Part shown: positions 38,472 to 53,512 of the stretch, piece after piece
Layout: every line of letters starts with the position of its first letter
Position numbering within the stretch: position 1 is the stretch's first letter
Program-made: the position numbers and the translations under genes
The notes under the pieces: model-generated
What the model saw: only the letters and a program-made list of their open reading frames with translations
What the model was told of the DNA's origin: nothing
Databases searched by the model: none
NCBI GenBank assembly: GCA_963924565.1
Contig: OZ004614.1
Coordinates: 4,278,001 to 4,342,000 of the forward strand
Direction of reading: 5' to 3'
Source of the DNA: Ascidiella aspersa
Taxonomy: Eukaryota
DNA: 64,000 bases

Positions 38472-41400
38472 AATTCTACGTTGTTAAATCCTACGGAAAT
38501 CTGTGGTAAAAGTGTAGTTTTGCTGTAAATAAATCGTTGGAATAAAATATTTTTATTAAAATTGCTTTACTCAAAATGTATTTTTTTAGAATAGCAATCA
38601 ACACAAAGGCAGTCATAAATAAGAAGGAGCTGTTTACTAGAAATACAGTACGAGTCAGTATCAAATCAGCAGAGAGTTCTAAGTCAAAATGAATCTATTA
38701 ACTGCATTTTAGTGGGAGCCTAGTTTTGTGCTTGCAACTCCTTTTTGATAAACAGCAAAGCATCAGTCTTGGTATCATCAAAGGGTCGAAGGAGAGGCGG
38801 CGAATTGAGGGAGCTGGAATTTGGAACGTTCGTTTCCTTCGCAGCAAACGCTTTCGACGAGGATTAGTTTACGTTAGGAAGGCATTTGCATTTCGAGCCC
38901 ACTCTTAATGAAAGGCAGCTCCCATTTTCAACGGAAAGTGAAATCCCACTTCCCTCTTTACAGAATGCGCGCCTTTAAATATTGCCATCCACACGGAAAG
39001 TGGAATTTCGAGCTTAAAGCCCATCCGGCCGTACAATGCGTTACAACCACGTGACTATAATACCACGTGTGATGAGCTGACAAACTTTCGCTAGGATTTT
39101 TTCTGCATGGCAGTTCTACAAAAGTGTGTTTTTTTGCGGACCTCGGTAATACATAAAGCCCTGCTTTTATCAGCGGTTGTCTGTATATATTTTTATTAAT
39201 AAAAACTACATGTTAGAATGAATAAATATTTATTCGAAATGTTCACATAATACTTTTCAATTCTGTATGAATTTTTACAACCTCCAGCCATTATCTTAAT
39301 ATTGCTACCTACTTCTGTATGAGCTTTTACATTCATTCTATATCTTACTTCAACCTAAAGCCATTATTTTAGGATTTGTTCGCAACCTAGCTAAAATGCC
39401 ACCTATAATTTTGTATGAGCTTATTATATTCATTTCACGTCGAACTACAACCTTAAGCCAAACACTTCATAAGTATTATACGCGCTAACAAACTGCTACC
39501 TACTTCTGTTGGGCTTTAAAATTTATTCTACGTCTAACTACATCCTCAAACCTACTAAAAAGTTTTGCAAATGTACTTTGCGGCACTTTTACGATCACCT
39601 AAAGGCCTTCCTCACATTTGCACAGGCCTTCCGTTTTCTGAAGCGTTCAAAACTTGCACCAGTTTACCTAAACAATATGAATATTGACAACCTCTGGAAA
39701 AGTTTCATTAAACCAGCAAACAATATTTACAAAAAAGCATTGTTGTTAAATTGCACGCAATTGCATTGAACTAAGAGAGCACCCCGTCAATAAAAGTTCA
39801 GTCTGCGAGTTCTCAATGTTCATTCAATTATGTCTGAGTACGTGACGACGATGTCCTTCAAACAGAATTGTATGCAAAGACTTTTTCCGTTTCTAGATTA
39901 TCGTTAGTGTATAATAGGTCACTTAAAAGTCACACTTCTGACAATCAGGGACCTAGTCTTATCTAAAGCAAAAGCAAAACGCACACTTCTAGCACAAGTT
40001 AAACCTCTGGCAACGAATCCCATACTTACAACAGAAGATTTGTGGGCTTCGGGGTTACTGTAGGTCACCTTCGAACGGTTACTTTGGGTCACGGTTACCC
40101 ACTTTTCAGCCAGCGAATACCCAAAAGATGCACATTAAAAAAAATAAAATTAGTTTCCAAACTTGGATTTTTTTGTTTTTGATTTTGAATCAGTAAGTCA
40201 ATGACTTCGTATCTTCTTAAACTTGTCGCAATACATTTTTAAATGAATGATGCACTCTAACCTACGTTACTATGAGCAATTGTAACCTTCGAAGACATTT
40301 AGCAAAAATACATGTGAATCGTAAAAAGTAGAAAGATGTGTAAACTTCTTTAGGCCAACATGGCAATAAAATCATCGGGGGACAAAGACCCCTCAAAGAG
40401 TTACTCGAGTTCATTTGGAAAGGTCATAATATGTCACAAGAACAGGACTTGGCGAATGCTGACGATTGGATTGGCCGAGCTTGATTGCCACGCCCATGAC
40501 ACCACCTCAGTACAAAAATTCGCAACAAATTCGAGGTCAGAAAACGGAAGCGACCCACCATATCATACACAAAACACAATGCCGTTCGAAATGCCACGCT
40601 CTTACGCACTGTTATTATGACGTCACAACGAGAACGCGATGATTTCGAGCTGCGGAAGAGTAGAACGCCTGTTGTGAGCGCGACATGTGTCTTATTAATG
40701 AAAGTGTCTTGAGACTTTACCAGTGTTGTAACCAAGTCAAAGTCAAGTGTTTTGCAAAAATGCAATTGCTACCTTTAATTGTACACGAGTTAAAGTCAAG
40801 TCTTAAAAAAATACAAATTGTTACCAAAAATGCAGTTGTTACCTTTAATCGAAGAATTCATCATAGAATTTAAATTCACATATTTGCAAAGCTGCTTTAC
40901 AAAGGCAATTGAATACGAAAATACAACTTTTCGAGACTCCAGCAAGTTTGATGGACGCTTTTAAATTAACACAAACGAACTAAAATAACTGCATTTAAAT
41001 CAGAACAACGATTTCCACAAAAATAACATAATTATAGTAAAAAAAATATTTTCGTGTCAAATGGTTGCCCTAATTCTATATCTTAGAACTAGCATTGATT
41101 TCGACTAGTGAGCTATAACAGGTTAGAAACCTTGTAGTCGAACTACTAAGCTGACGCTTTATTCTTTCAAAACCTGAAGTAATGCAAAAAATGCCTTAAA
41201 TTCGCTTACGTTAAAATACCGCTGCAGTACCAAATTTGCTTTGCTGCAATGAATCAGAAATCACCTCCTTCTTTTATATATGTAAAATGGCGAGCCAAAA
41301 TATCATCATAAGGTTTTTTACGTCACCTCATACAGCAAGCTTTTCAGCTCGTAAAAGCCACAAAACGCCAGAAGTAAAACCAGCAGTGGCGCAATTTGTA

Positions 41401-43237
41401 AACACACGTTAGGCCAGTTGTAAAACTACGCGTCAGCTGTATTACAAGCTCACATTGACATCTTTGCGCTACAGTGCTTGTGCTAACAGGCAGATGTTGT
41501 GTTTAGGCGGTCATAGAGAACCTATTTGCTGACTCCGCCGTATTTGGACTACGTAAGCAAACAATTCAATGAAATGCGTTTTGCCAGCTGAAGTATTCAG
41601 GCAATTAAGTAGCAATTAAACTGTCGTTGTCGTCTTAATTGCAAAATAAAAACAACTTCAAGGTTGAATAATAAAATACTTTTGCCAGGTATGTTAGGTT
41701 TTTTTCTTACGATTTACCTTAACTTAGCTAAAAAGTTGATTTTTAACTACAGAAACTATGAAACTTTGACCTTACAAAATAGACCTAAAATCACAAACTA
41801 ATACAAAACATACTCATTTAGTTACGAAACTTATTGCAGCATCATTTAAATTATTTATACCGCGGTTGTTTGCTAAAAACCGCACATTTTGCAACTAATA
41901 GCACTCAAGCCACTAATAACTGTCTCCTCTATTTGCCTTTGACAGCTAATCGAGAATATCTGACCATATTATTGCGTCACAAACCTTCTTTGCACTTGTG
42001 GGAAGAAGCGTACAACGATTCGAAAGAACCGACCCGCACAGGCGAGGCTATTGGCGCACGGGTCTGAGTGAATGTGTGCAAAACGTAGTAAACAGGGCAA
42101 GCCTAAACTCGGGTAAGGTCATACCGTAGCCGGTAATTACAGACTCAGCGTACACCGTTCAGCGTTGAGAGAAACGACTTTCGCGCCCAAACTGGTGCTG
42201 GTAAGTTGTAGTAGATTAGCTTTTAATCGTGACTGGCTTTTAAGCCAAGTTTACCCCGAAAACCTGAGCTCAATACACAGTGGGGAGAATAGCTTGCCTT
42301 CCAAAGCCAATTTATGAACAGCTGGATTTCATTTTCCAGCTTACGTAAGCCATTTTTGCATGGAAAACACCGTAACAGGGTAACAAAAGCCACTTTTTTA
42401 AATGTAGATGTTGACTTACTGGACAAAAGTTGAAGCATTTCGTTCGAGTTTGATTAAAAATGAGAACAAGCACTTTTAAATAGCAATGTAAACCGACCCA
42501 AGACAATTGTAAACAGACTAAGTGGGTGGGAAACACGATGTGGGCCTTTACAGCGAAGTAACAACATTGGATTATAGTTCAAAGTGCACGTTTTATACGG
42601 TAGTATGACTATCAAAGCCCATACTAAAGTAGGTAAAGTTGTATTTTGTAAACGTTTCGCATCTTTACCAGTGCTTTCTTAACCATGTTGAAATGAAAAA
42701 AATGGTACCTACTTTATATGGGCTTGAGTATTCAATCTACGTCTAACTAAACCTCCAGCCATTATCTTCAGATTTACTTAAAAAACGTTTACAAAATACC
42801 AACTTCCTCTGTATGGGCTTTGGTGTTCATTCTACGTTCTGTAAGGGATTTTTATGTAATTTTACTTGTTAAACTGCAATAGTTCTGGCAGTCCAACATA
42901 TAACGCCCACAAAGCAACTCGTATCCACTTGCCTTCAAATAGTGACTATACTAAATGAAAGAGCTTGTTTAATAAATCGCGTATGAGCTTGTCATAAAAC
43001 TGACGTTGGTGCGTCACAAATAAGCTTACACGTAATCCACCCAAGATAGATTTCCTGATGGGGACTTAACTTTATTCATGACACATTTTACATGAAAAGG
43101 TAATTATTTCTTATTAATTACCAAGTTGTGTCTTACTACAGTTCAAGGTTTAAACTAGCTTTAATATAAAGAGAATATTTTCGTTTTTTACTTTATGCGA
43201 CACTGCAGGAATCTAAGAGTAGTAAAGCTACCAATCA

Positions 43238-43311
43238 TCTACAAGTAATACACAGATTATACAAGCAACACTAGTCTACAAGTAATACACAGATTACACA
43301 AGCAACACTAG
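43238..43311 (+). repeat. 37-bp tandem duplication
   Basis: tctacaagtaatacacagatta(t/c)acaagcaacactag x2. Confidence 0.9.
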
Positions 43312-45328
43312 ACACGGCGATGAAATCTACAGGGCTACGTTATGTGTGACTGATCTAGTTTCCCACCACGATTTAAACGAACTTACTCTTATTGCTTTAA
43401 CCCAGCTGGGTTTGAGTCATGCCACTACACATCAAACGACTGCCAAACACACTAAACCAGTTTCCGGGCTTTTTTCATTCTTGCAATGAAACGAATCCAC
43501 TAGGCCTATAGGGCAAAGGTGACTATTATGCCTACTATTGACTAAAACAGCGGCGGCCCAGTAAAACCTATATTCATTAAATTCCGTACAAAAAGCGAAC
43601 AGAAAATTAGAGTAAAAACGACTATTGAAGTATATCTAACTTAATTTCGCCACCACAAAACCTATTTTTTAGAACATAACATTATGATTTTGCAATTGTA
43701 AGTAATCCAAATGGAATTGTGCTATATACAGTATTGCAATGCTTTCCACATTCAACCACAACAAAAGGCATTCTGTGATTTCTGAAAATACCCTGATATT
43801 TTCCTGTCTATACTTTTCTTTTGTAGACATAAAATAAATAACACCCAGTGTATTTTAAAAAACATGGCGTAAATTAATAAATAAGACTGAAACAAATGCA
43901 AAAAAGGACTGGACACACACAAAGAAGTTGTACTATGGCAAAACGATTATCCTAGTTCCAAGTCTATTCGCATTCATTTGTCTGAAGTCAAGTCATTTAA
44001 TAAAAACAGTGACTAAACTGCCTTTAAGTCTTTACAACACTACTGACGTTAGAATCAAAAGTAGTGGTGTTAGATCACCAAATAGTAATCACTCTAACGT
44101 TAAACACGTATTCAGTTTGGGTTATTAAATGAACTTTAATTTTAGTGTAGTTAAGACTAATTACCATGTTATTAAACGGGAACCCCCTAATAAAAAGGAA
44201 ATTGGTCATCTAATGTAGTGAGTGTGTACGAAGAGTAGCAATCAAGCTTGTATTCTGTCTATTTAAAGGTTTATAACTTAGAAACACGCTCGATTTGTTC
44301 AACAGCTATTCAATCACATTTTCGTGCAGTGTTATGCAATCTAATCGGATTAGGTGTCATTGAGGGCATTTATCAGAAGTGGTCTATTAGTCCAGTGTCA
44401 CGTTTACAATGCTGCTATTGTTACATAAACAGTAATCAAGTAAGCTATTGTACATTATATCAAGTTTTCATTTTCAAATAACCTCAACATCCACTTGGAA
44501 ATACGTATTTCAATTGCTAAGGAATCAAATGCAATGGTCCAAGTATAGGTTGCAATAAATGACTACAGTTTAAAAAATGGTACAACGCTATTTTACTAAC
44601 CAGCATTAGTTTAAACAAGGTCATAGAAATACTAAACAGCAGGCGTCGTAATAAAAAATACAACGAGTCATAACCTTCAAAGTTATTCAATTCAATTAAT
44701 TAAAACCGCTTTAAATCATATCTGGTCTGCTAAGCTCTAGCTGAGGCAAACTACTAAATGGGTGCAGCAATAAGCCTGTATTACAATGGCATCCTGTGTC
44801 ATATGCACCGCTCTGCACGCACGATAATTCAAATAATGCAGCAGCCATTATTTTGACACGAAGCGCTATTGTGACGTAGTGAATAGTCATTCCGCATTGG
44901 AGGACTCATAGGAAATGAATGCCGTTTTATCCTCGGCAGTTTGATGCCCACTATTCTGTAGAGTCGACTCCAAACTGACAACAAAGGGCTTTTAAAGAGA
45001 AATCAATGGAAACATAAACAAACAATAAAGCGTGGATCGATATAAAATGCAATATGTATGAACGGAAATTCTTCTTAGTAAAGTAACTTAGTTCAGTCAG
45101 GTTAACAATGTTAAATCAAAACACTAAGTTAGGTCGACCAGGAAATAAGGTTAATACGCTACAGAAACTCACAACGAGTTGAATTTTAATATTGAGCACG
45201 AATGAAGCGTGTTGCTATTTGTTTATGTCAAACGTGTCAAATCGTCATTTCCGACTAAGTTGAGCCAATAGTAAACAAGCGCAGAGTAAAAAAACACCAA
45301 ATACAGACGTAAACTGTATTTACTAAAA

Positions 45329-46297
45329 AGGGCCGGATCCAGGAATTTTTAGGGATGGTAATTTATTAAGTTATCCTATAACTTGACGTCATAATATAAA
45401 TAAAACTACAACCGCCTGTTATTATTTTTAGGCCAAATCGTGGGCAAATATGTAGCACAGTTTATTCTCGCAATACACAAAAAAGCATTGTTTCTTTGGT
45501 TTGAATTAGTGTACTTATTTGGCACATAAAAGAGAGTGTAATATTTCTCGATAGACATAATTGTATTTTATACCTATTGGTGTAATTAACTGCACAACAT
45601 TCTAAAGCAGGGGTCTAAAATCCCGCAGAGTTAATTCTACCCGCCTACGACATATCTCCTTATTAATGATAAAGTTCAATTGAAATGTTGTCAAATTCGA
45701 TTCCAAACTAAATTTTGGTGAAATTTTAAATTGAACGACAATTTATTAAAGCTCACTAAACTTTTTCTCGCATAGTCATTTGTATTTGCATCGTTTAACG
45801 ATAATCAAGATGGCAAAGTTCGACACAAAATTTTATATCCGGCAGGCGATCGCCAGGCCTTTCAGTTTTCCGGCCCTTAAAAAAAATAAAAAATAAAAAA
45901 ATAAATTGTGACCGATGTGATAACGCATGCATGGCACCTTTGGGCTGAGTAGATTTTCCAAAACTGGGAAAAACATGCTATAACAACAGATCATAACAAA
46001 CAAAAAAACTTAAAAAAAATACAGTTTGAGGCGTCGTGTCCTTGCCCCCTAAACCAGGACATAACCCCTCAGGTCATGTCCTGTTCTGTGCACCCCTAGA
46101 TGGTATCTTTGGTTTACAAAGATTTTCCCAAACGAGTAAAAACAAACTATATTAATGGATAAAAGTTTTAAAAAATGGCATTTAAATAGTGCAGTCAAAG
46201 TAAAAAAATGAATTTAAATAATTTTAATAGTAAATAGTTTAGTTGGAAAAAATGTAGTTTGGGGGAAATGACCTTTGTCCACCTGGATATGCCCCTG
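45329..46297. mobile_element. Degenerate MITE with GGGCCGGATCCAGG-type termini
   Basis: agggccggatccagg / cctggatatgcccct; a similar-ended element lies at ~14749-15018. Confidence 0.45.
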
Positions 46298-49200
46298 CTC
46301 TTAAGGTAGAAATCCACTCGGCACAAAGCCATTCGTCAATTTCAGTTTTTCCAAGCGAGGGATCACATTTGTTTAACCCACCCACAGAGCTACAAAGCAC
46401 CCGTTTCAATTGTTCCCCTTCCCACCCTTTGTTGCCCTGAGGTTTACCAAAATCTAGGGTTACCTGGGTAATTTAATCATCACCCTCCAGAAGGGGGCAG
46501 ACCCCCTTTGTCCGTTTCACCCCTAAACAATGGCCAGGGTGACTGGGTGAAGTTGTCTTTCACCCCAGCACGTGTGCCCGATCATTAAACGATCTTTCCG
46601 AGTAGCTATTCATTACAAAGACGACTACAAACGAAAAGTGCAGGTGCGGGTCTATGATTTGCCAAAACCCTTGTGCTTTGGCCTGAGACACAACAGACTT
46701 CTTTGCAACTAGTAATCACTTAGGTTCATGACTTTACTTAAAGGCACTTAAGTCACTGTTTTCAAATGCCTTCACTTGACTCGAGTCCTTTGACCAAAAA
46801 TGACTTGAATTGAACTTGTTATTTTGACACAAGTTTACTTGGGTTGAAGCATATTTCTTGACAATTGGGTATTTTACATATTGCGTTTTTTTCATTTTTT
46901 AGTTGAGTGGTTGCTCATAATCGAACGAGTTTTGCCAATTTTATTCCTTGAACGTTTTCTTTTTATGATTGACTTGTAGTTGACCTGCTGCTTTAATTGT
47001 GACATGACTCGTTGTTTAAAAAACAACCTTGATCGGGATTACGTCAATTCAAAATGACTTGTTTAGAACGCTGGCGACTGCAATAGGAGTTTGGTAGCAA
47101 CTTGAATGCAATTCGTGTAAACTGAATCCATTTTTCTGATATTGTAATTCAATACGAAAGTCGTCCCTAACATTTTATTGCCTCGGACTCAATATTTTAC
47201 AGACTGACCCTATTATTATCAATAACTTTGACAATTAGGCTTACATTTACAAGTTATAGCGAATTTTAAACGCAATATTGTAGTCAAATTAATTAAAAAC
47301 AATGCTTAAATATAACATGATACGTACAACAACTGTTGCCTGACACTAAAAAACTGCTAATTTTAGTTGCACCCACGAACCCTGTGATCCCCTTTACGGA
47401 CCCTTGTTGACAACCATTAAAAATACAATAACTGTATTTTTTTATCACTCACCTTTTATTGCTTAGAAATAACGCAAAATTTTAAGCAATAAAATATAAT
47501 TTCATTAAACATCGTTTGGCGAGATACAAGTTAAGAAACGCCTGCCGTAGGTTTTACGCAAAGTAGTTTTACCACTTTTTGCAGTTATTTCGCCTAAGAC
47601 TTAGCAGAAAGTATGCATTTTGGGCAAAGCTGCAAAACGTATCTACAGCTGCAAAAAATAGTCAAAGATTAGCAATGTATCACTATGCGGAAATGTTGAA
47701 AAGTTATTTTTTTAATTTGCGTTCAAGTCTGTAATACTGAACAAAAGAGCTTGTTAAATCCATTTTCTAGGTTAATATCAGCAACATTTTCAGTTGTGAT
47801 ACATTGATGTGGCTCTAATTTACAAAGTATTCCTTACAAAGGAAACCGAGGGAAAATCTGTGCAAACGTAAATGATTTGATTTCGTGTGAGACGAGTACG
47901 TTTATTTCGGTCATTTTATGTGTTTCAATTATGGTACCTCAAATACTCTCTAGCGACACCTAGTTACGGTTAATTTTTGTCTAATTTAAACCTGAATGAA
48001 AAACGCTAAACATAAACTAAACACCTATTGCACATAGAAGTTGGACTAAATAATGATTAGAAGAAATACTTCGCCACCATTGTTTTTTAAAACGATTAAA
48101 GCTCCTTTACCATACCCAGTTTTCACCATACCAATTAAAATATGGTTTTAAATATTTAACAGCTGCAAAATTACATTTACTTCGAGTAAATAAATTTGTT
48201 ACAGTGGAAAATAAGAAGTATATACCAACTTAATTCATAATTATCAACTACCAAGATTCATTTGGTGAAGTATTAGATTTGATCAATATGACGTAACAAG
48301 CAAAGCACAAAGTTAATGTTTGACTGTATAACAGAGAAATACTAAAAAACGCTCAACAAACGATTGGAAAACCCCGAAACCTAAACATAATGTTGGTTAT
48401 CCCTCTCCGCTCGTATTACATTAAACTTCCTTTTGTCCACACCCAGACAGACTATATTTGATCAATTTGACAATCCAGTCGCATCGTGATAACACTGTCT
48501 AGTCAGCAGCCTTATTAACATAGCAATCTTAATACGACGGGGATCGATAGAGTTTCCCGCCAAAACTGTCACGCGATCGCCTTGACAAAGAGGCCAGTGA
48601 CCTCACAATACACTTTTCTAGCAGAGAAGTGAAATGGGTTTGTAGGATCAACGTTAACAATGTTTATATGCAGTTCCCATTTTTATACACGCAAGTCGCA
48701 AGTAAAACTTGAGAAAACGAATTGAAATTTTAAAGCAGTTGTTTTGGAATAATTTGTTTACATTTAAACTCAAATGCCCAGATTTTAACATTTAGACGTT
48801 TAAATTTAACTTGAATATTGTGAAATATTTTCTCAACGTAGAGATTTTGTTGTCTTTGCAACAACGTAAGCTAAAAGTTTTAAGTCTAGTCGATCCTTAT
48901 TTTCTAGGCATTATAACTCCATTAATTGGCAACACAATTTAAATTAACTTTCAACTCACAAATTTCTCTTTTTATATTGTAGTCCGCAATATAAGCTATA
49001 GTGTTAAATTAACCTACACGCTTCTGCAGGAATAGAACGCCAAATGATTTTCATTTTAACTTAATTAAGTAAAAGCACTTCCTTGTAAATTTGTCAGTGA
49101 AATGCTCTGTTGTAAATTCATTACTAAAAGTTCAGCGTCTATCAACGCAATTGTATCCGTAAAAGAAAAAATTACCAGAAGATTTTTTCACAACTTGCGA

Positions 49201-51808
49201 AATTCAGATTTTCAGGATTTCCACAAACTACCTCGCGGTGTTTCCCCTACAGGTGAGCTTTCGCGCGCGATTGCACCACCAGGTCTATTTAAGTTTGTGA
49301 CGTCACAAAAGAAGGGAAAAATGGTGTTGCAACATTGATTCGCTTGAACGCACTCGGGTATTTGAAATGAGTAAACCGATTCAACGAAGCGTGACAGTAT
49401 ATTAAAAGCTTAACCGAAATGTTTTTCGCTTTACACTTACTACAGAGTTACAGTTACTATTTCTGCAGTTATAGTTACCACAGAAATTCGGAGGCTCACA
49501 AATGTATTTATGATAGAGCAAAAGAACCCAAGACCGTCTGCTTATTTTCCTTTCTTACATAACCACGAAATGTAAAACGTAATTTCGCAATTGAATATTA
49601 TAATCCAACTGGTAACACAATAAACAGGACGTTTTTTGTTTCTTATGTTTTTTGTTATACGATTTCGGGTATTTTTTCTTGTCCGTAACTTGGTAATTTC
49701 CCCAAAGGAAAAACTGCAAGGTGTATTGCGCCATTCTATTCAAGTTTAGGCGTGTAAATATCACGGTACCTAATATGGCGAAAAGTAATATCCTGCTAAA
49801 TGTTATCGAATTACAGAAAGTATTGACTTCGTTAATTTTAAACCGTGGTGTAACACTCCTACCAAGGGTAAAAATGTACATTTAGAGGAAAAATTATGAG
49901 ATTTCCTGAAGTGTTTGCTTAATTTTATAAATTTGCCAAGTTTAGTCCTTAGCGGGCTTTTTTCGATCGAAATGAATAAACTCATTGTTAAATTTTCATC
50001 CCAAATATAATATTGTTGAATACGGTAGTATCTTTTTAACGCAAACAGATTAATTCGAGGTCAAAAACACGCAATATCGAGCATAGGTTTTGGCTTTATG
50101 CAGTGGATCCAATCTATCTTACTTTCACGTTTCCCATAGCAAATACAATTAACAAGGCAAATGGCAGTTCACAAGTGGATATAAAGCGGACGATCTTGAT
50201 ATGTTTGCGTAGGAGTCAGTAGCTGTCGTCTCGATAAAGGAAAACGCCCTTATAAACACACAGAAACGACCACCAAACGACTAACTGGCAGACACCCAAG
50301 TTTGCTGAGCTGTCAATAAAGCGATAAGGTCTAGATTTGACCTGTCGTATCTCCGTGATTAATAAAGGGAGCATATTGAGTTCGTCGCCAGCTTTTTGCC
50401 CCTTTTTTGCACTGTTTGCGTTTCAATCCCAGACAGCTTGGTTAAAGCCAGGGTCGGATTTAGAGTTTTCTTTGCGGGGCATAAAATTTCAGAAACGTAT
50501 TCACAAAGTCAAGTCTAAAAACATATTTAAAAAACATTTGCTAATCTTGAGCTATCTCGTTTACACATATGCATCTGAAATCCACTAAAAGATTACATTT
50601 GTTTGGTTTAAAATTGGCAAGATTTGCAATTTCAAACGGTTCGTTAAACATTGGCCAATTAAAGCAATAAACATTTAGTCTAATAAAAAAAGTTGTAGTT
50701 TGATTTGGTTAAAAAATCGCTTTATAAAGAATATAAGTTCAAACGACACTCAATAGTTTACATAGCACGTGAGGTTTAGATAGGTTGAAAAGGTCCCAAA
50801 AACATAAAAAAGTTAAAATAAAATAAAAAAATGAATTTGAATGGAAGATTTTTTAAAGATAGTTTAGTAGAACATACCCTAGTGGTCTCTCTTCTTTGAT
50901 CTGACCCTGGGTGAATTACCCTCTGATGTTTCGACACCCCTTCATAAGCCGGTGCTTTTATTGCCAGGCGAGAACCGCCTTAGATCACACGGGTTTTTAA
51001 GTCTGTGGCGACAACCTGGCGTTCTAGCCTTTGGTGTTCACTTACGTTTAGATCAGGTGGTAACTTGTAAAATTCTCAGTAAGAAACATTTGTGCGGGAA
51101 AATATATTCTTCGTTTGGTTGTAGGAGTTATATGTTGTTATGTATATTCTTATCTGCAGAGTAGTTTATTATTTATTTTATTATTATTATTTTTTTGTTA
51201 ATTTCAAAGCTTTGTCAGTCGTTGTTTTGGCAATTGTTTTCCAAATAAGTTTCAAACATTACAGTTTTTTTAGAATATCTTATAGCCGAGAAGAGTTTGA
51301 AATAAAATAACTCACTCTAAAATATGTTTTAAAAATGCAAAGTACACCTAAGTACCTATGCACCCATACTCACAAGAACCTTTAAAAGTAAACAGTAAGA
51401 CAACTGAACGAACGAGGTTGTTTTTATTGAATAGGAATCACTCGAATCGAAAACAATGAAAAAAAATGAAGAAACATAAATTTACACAACTTTCAATCCT
51501 GTACTTGGTTAACTCAATACGAAGTTAAGGGGTAGATTGTTAATTTAACATTCGGCCCACTGTTACATTAAATGGATTTTGTATGGCAAACTTATGCTTT
51601 AATGTCGATTGCGTTTTGTCCCGGCTATTAAACCTAAAATTAAACCGAAAAAATGAAAGTTTCTTCTTCTCTGATATTCAAGACACCTTAAGAAGTTTCA
51701 GTGAAAAATTACAATTATAAAGGGGGGAGTAAAGGCAATTTGAACAGCAATGCTTGGAGCGTTAATAACAAATATGGATGTTACTCTCACACTTCCGATA
51801 AGCAAACG

Positions 51809-53245
51809 TCACAACTGTACGGGCGTCATGATGACGTCACCGTTCTGCCTCGGCGGTGTCAGTGACGTCATAGGCACGACGGTGGCCCAGCGCTTCGGGT
51901 CGTTCTTCTTCTTGCACCATTTTCGAACAAGAACAAACAAAATGAGTGACACAACAATGTCGGCCGCGATCGACAATAGAACGATTGTGACGTAAGACTT
52001 GTTCGACTTCTCTTGTTTGTCGACGCGAAACGACGATTCGTTTGTGTTTTTATTCTTGCTCTCCTTATTATTGATAACGTGCTTTGAAGAAGGGATGTTT
52101 ACGTCATTAGTGATGGCGTAATCACGATTAGCTGTTTTCTTCCGGGAAGGGTTCCCGGTTGTATTTACAAATAAGCTCGTCAACTTGGCAAAACCGGTTG
52201 CTGTGGCAACAAAAGTTGTTGGTTCTGGTACTGTGACGTCACTGTAGTTCTCTGCAAATGCTGTGACGTGATAGGGTCTAGAAGTTGTGATTTCATTCAG
52301 TTTCGTGACGTCGAAGTGACGTGTTGTTTCTGTTACAGCCAGTACCTCAGTGGTTTGTGATGCGTCTGTCCGAGAATCATTTGCAATTTCTTGAGGGAGA
52401 GTTGATAGAGTTGTTGGTGAAGATGTTTTAAGACTTCCATCGATGTTTACCCCTAAGCTTGTGTTTTCTTGCACAGACTCCGCTGTGTTTTTTAACACTT
52501 CTGCTCGGGCAACTGTTAGTGTAGAAGCTGAAGAGCTTTCGTGGTCATTTGTTGCCGAGCTTGTTACAGAGTTCGCTGAAGTTTCCGACTCATTACCGAC
52601 TCCTTCGCTGGTCGTTTTAGTTGCAGATGGAATTGTGAACAAACTTGGTTTAGCCTTAACCAGGCGTGGAGTTGACGATGTCATTACAACACTCGCATCC
52701 GCGTCCAAGAGTGTTGATGCCGTAACACCAATCTTATACCAAGGTGAAGTCATAAACTCTAATTCATTTGTTGTCTCTGTAGTCGACGTCACTATATTTT
52801 CTTCCTGTTGTGTCGTAGTTGGCGTGGTAATCACTTCATTCAAAACAGATAACGTTTTTGATGACGTCACGTTTGCTTGATCTGCAAGTGACGTAACTTC
52901 TGGCGTTACGCACTGATCGATCAGCAATCGCAGAGTCCAAATATTTACCATTCCCTCAACGTAGACATCCAACAAAGCGGATCCGCGTATTCGGCTAGGA
53001 TCATAACATATGACGTCATGATAACCTTTGACGTCAGAGAACCAGGCTTGATGACGTAACAACCACGCAATAAAGGGCAGCATCTCACAGTCGCACAACC
53101 ACGGGTTTCCGCTCCAATCTACAGACATTTGATCGCTAGCGCCGTTGGTGTTTGTCTCCGTTTGAAAAGTTTGACCGTTAGATGGCGTAAGTTTAAGATG
53201 TTGTTTAATGAAGTCAATTGACGAGCTGATGGTGAAATTCGATTT
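51809..53245 (-). CDS. LRR membrane protein, last exon (LRRCT, Ser/Thr mucin-like stalk, TM helix, short tail)
   Basis: ttcttatctAG acceptor in frame with the 439-aa ORF; LRRCT GNPWLCDCEMLPF...C..P...C; long T/S-rich stalk; TM YVTIVLLSIAADIVVSLILFVLV followed by RKWCKKK; stop at 51811-51809. AATAAA on minus strand at ~51423-51428. Confidence 0.92.
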   Translation of the reverse strand, partial: KSNFTISSSIDFIKQHLKLTPSNGQTFQTETNTNGASDQMSVDWSGNPWLCDCEMLPFIAWLLRHQAWFSDVKGYHDVICYDPSRIRGSALLDVYVEGMVNIWTLRLLIDQCVTPEVTSLADQANVTSSKTLSVLNEVITTPTTTQQEENIVTSTTETTNELEFMTSPWYKIGVTASTLLDADASVVMTSSTPRLVKAKPSLFTIPSATKTTSEGVGNESETSANSVTSSATNDHESSSASTLTVARAEVLKNTAESVQENTSLGVNIDGSLKTSSPTTLSTLPQEIANDSRTDASQTTEVLAVTETTRHFDVTKLNEITTSRPYHVTAFAENYSDVTVPEPTTFVATATGFAKLTSLFVNTTGNPSRKKTANRDYAITNDVNIPSSKHVINNKESKNKNTNESSFRVDKQEKSNKSYVTIVLLSIAADIVVSLILFVLVRKWCKKKNDPKRWATVVPMTSLTPPRQNGDVIMTPVQL

Positions 53246-53426
53246 CTAGATAAGAAATAGAAATCATTACATATTGGTCTTAACCAAACAGGACTTCTTT
53301 TATAAATAATGTCAAACTTTGCTTTTAGGTTTTAAACAATATAGCTAAATTTTTAGTGGTTTGACTATCTGACTTGAGTTTTAAGTGTTTCTTAAAATTT
53401 AATGATGACTCTATGAATTTACTCAC

Positions 53427-53512
53427 TTGTGGCAGTTTTCCTTCGAACCAGCGGTAATCAACTAGTTTTAGTTCGTTGTTGCGTAAACTTAGATGACGTA
53501 ATTTGGGACAAC
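53427..53512 (-). CDS. LRR membrane protein, exon 5
   Basis: Translates GCPKLRHLSLRNNELKLVDYRWFEGKLPQ; donor |GTGAGT; phases 1 to 0. Confidence 0.88.

Noticed and set aside
50890-51060. GC-richer segment with short complementary blocks, possible structured RNA
   Set aside because: Could not assemble a convincing fold or family motif by eye.
2800-51200. Numerous 60-130 aa ORFs in the intergenic regions
   Set aside because: Mostly TTG/GTG starts, AT-rich or repeat-derived, with no recognisable domains or consistent exon chains (apart from the CKI paralog 2 exons).
51809-52000. Toll-like receptor call for the LRR gene
   Set aside because: Cytoplasmic tail is ~35 aa and ends in a stop; no TIR domain.
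52443-52880. Plus-strand ORFs overlapping genes (also 730-999, 1069-1380, 37693-37905, 38169-38447, 58593-58920)
   Set aside because: Antisense shadows of GC-rich exons with no motifs or splice support.
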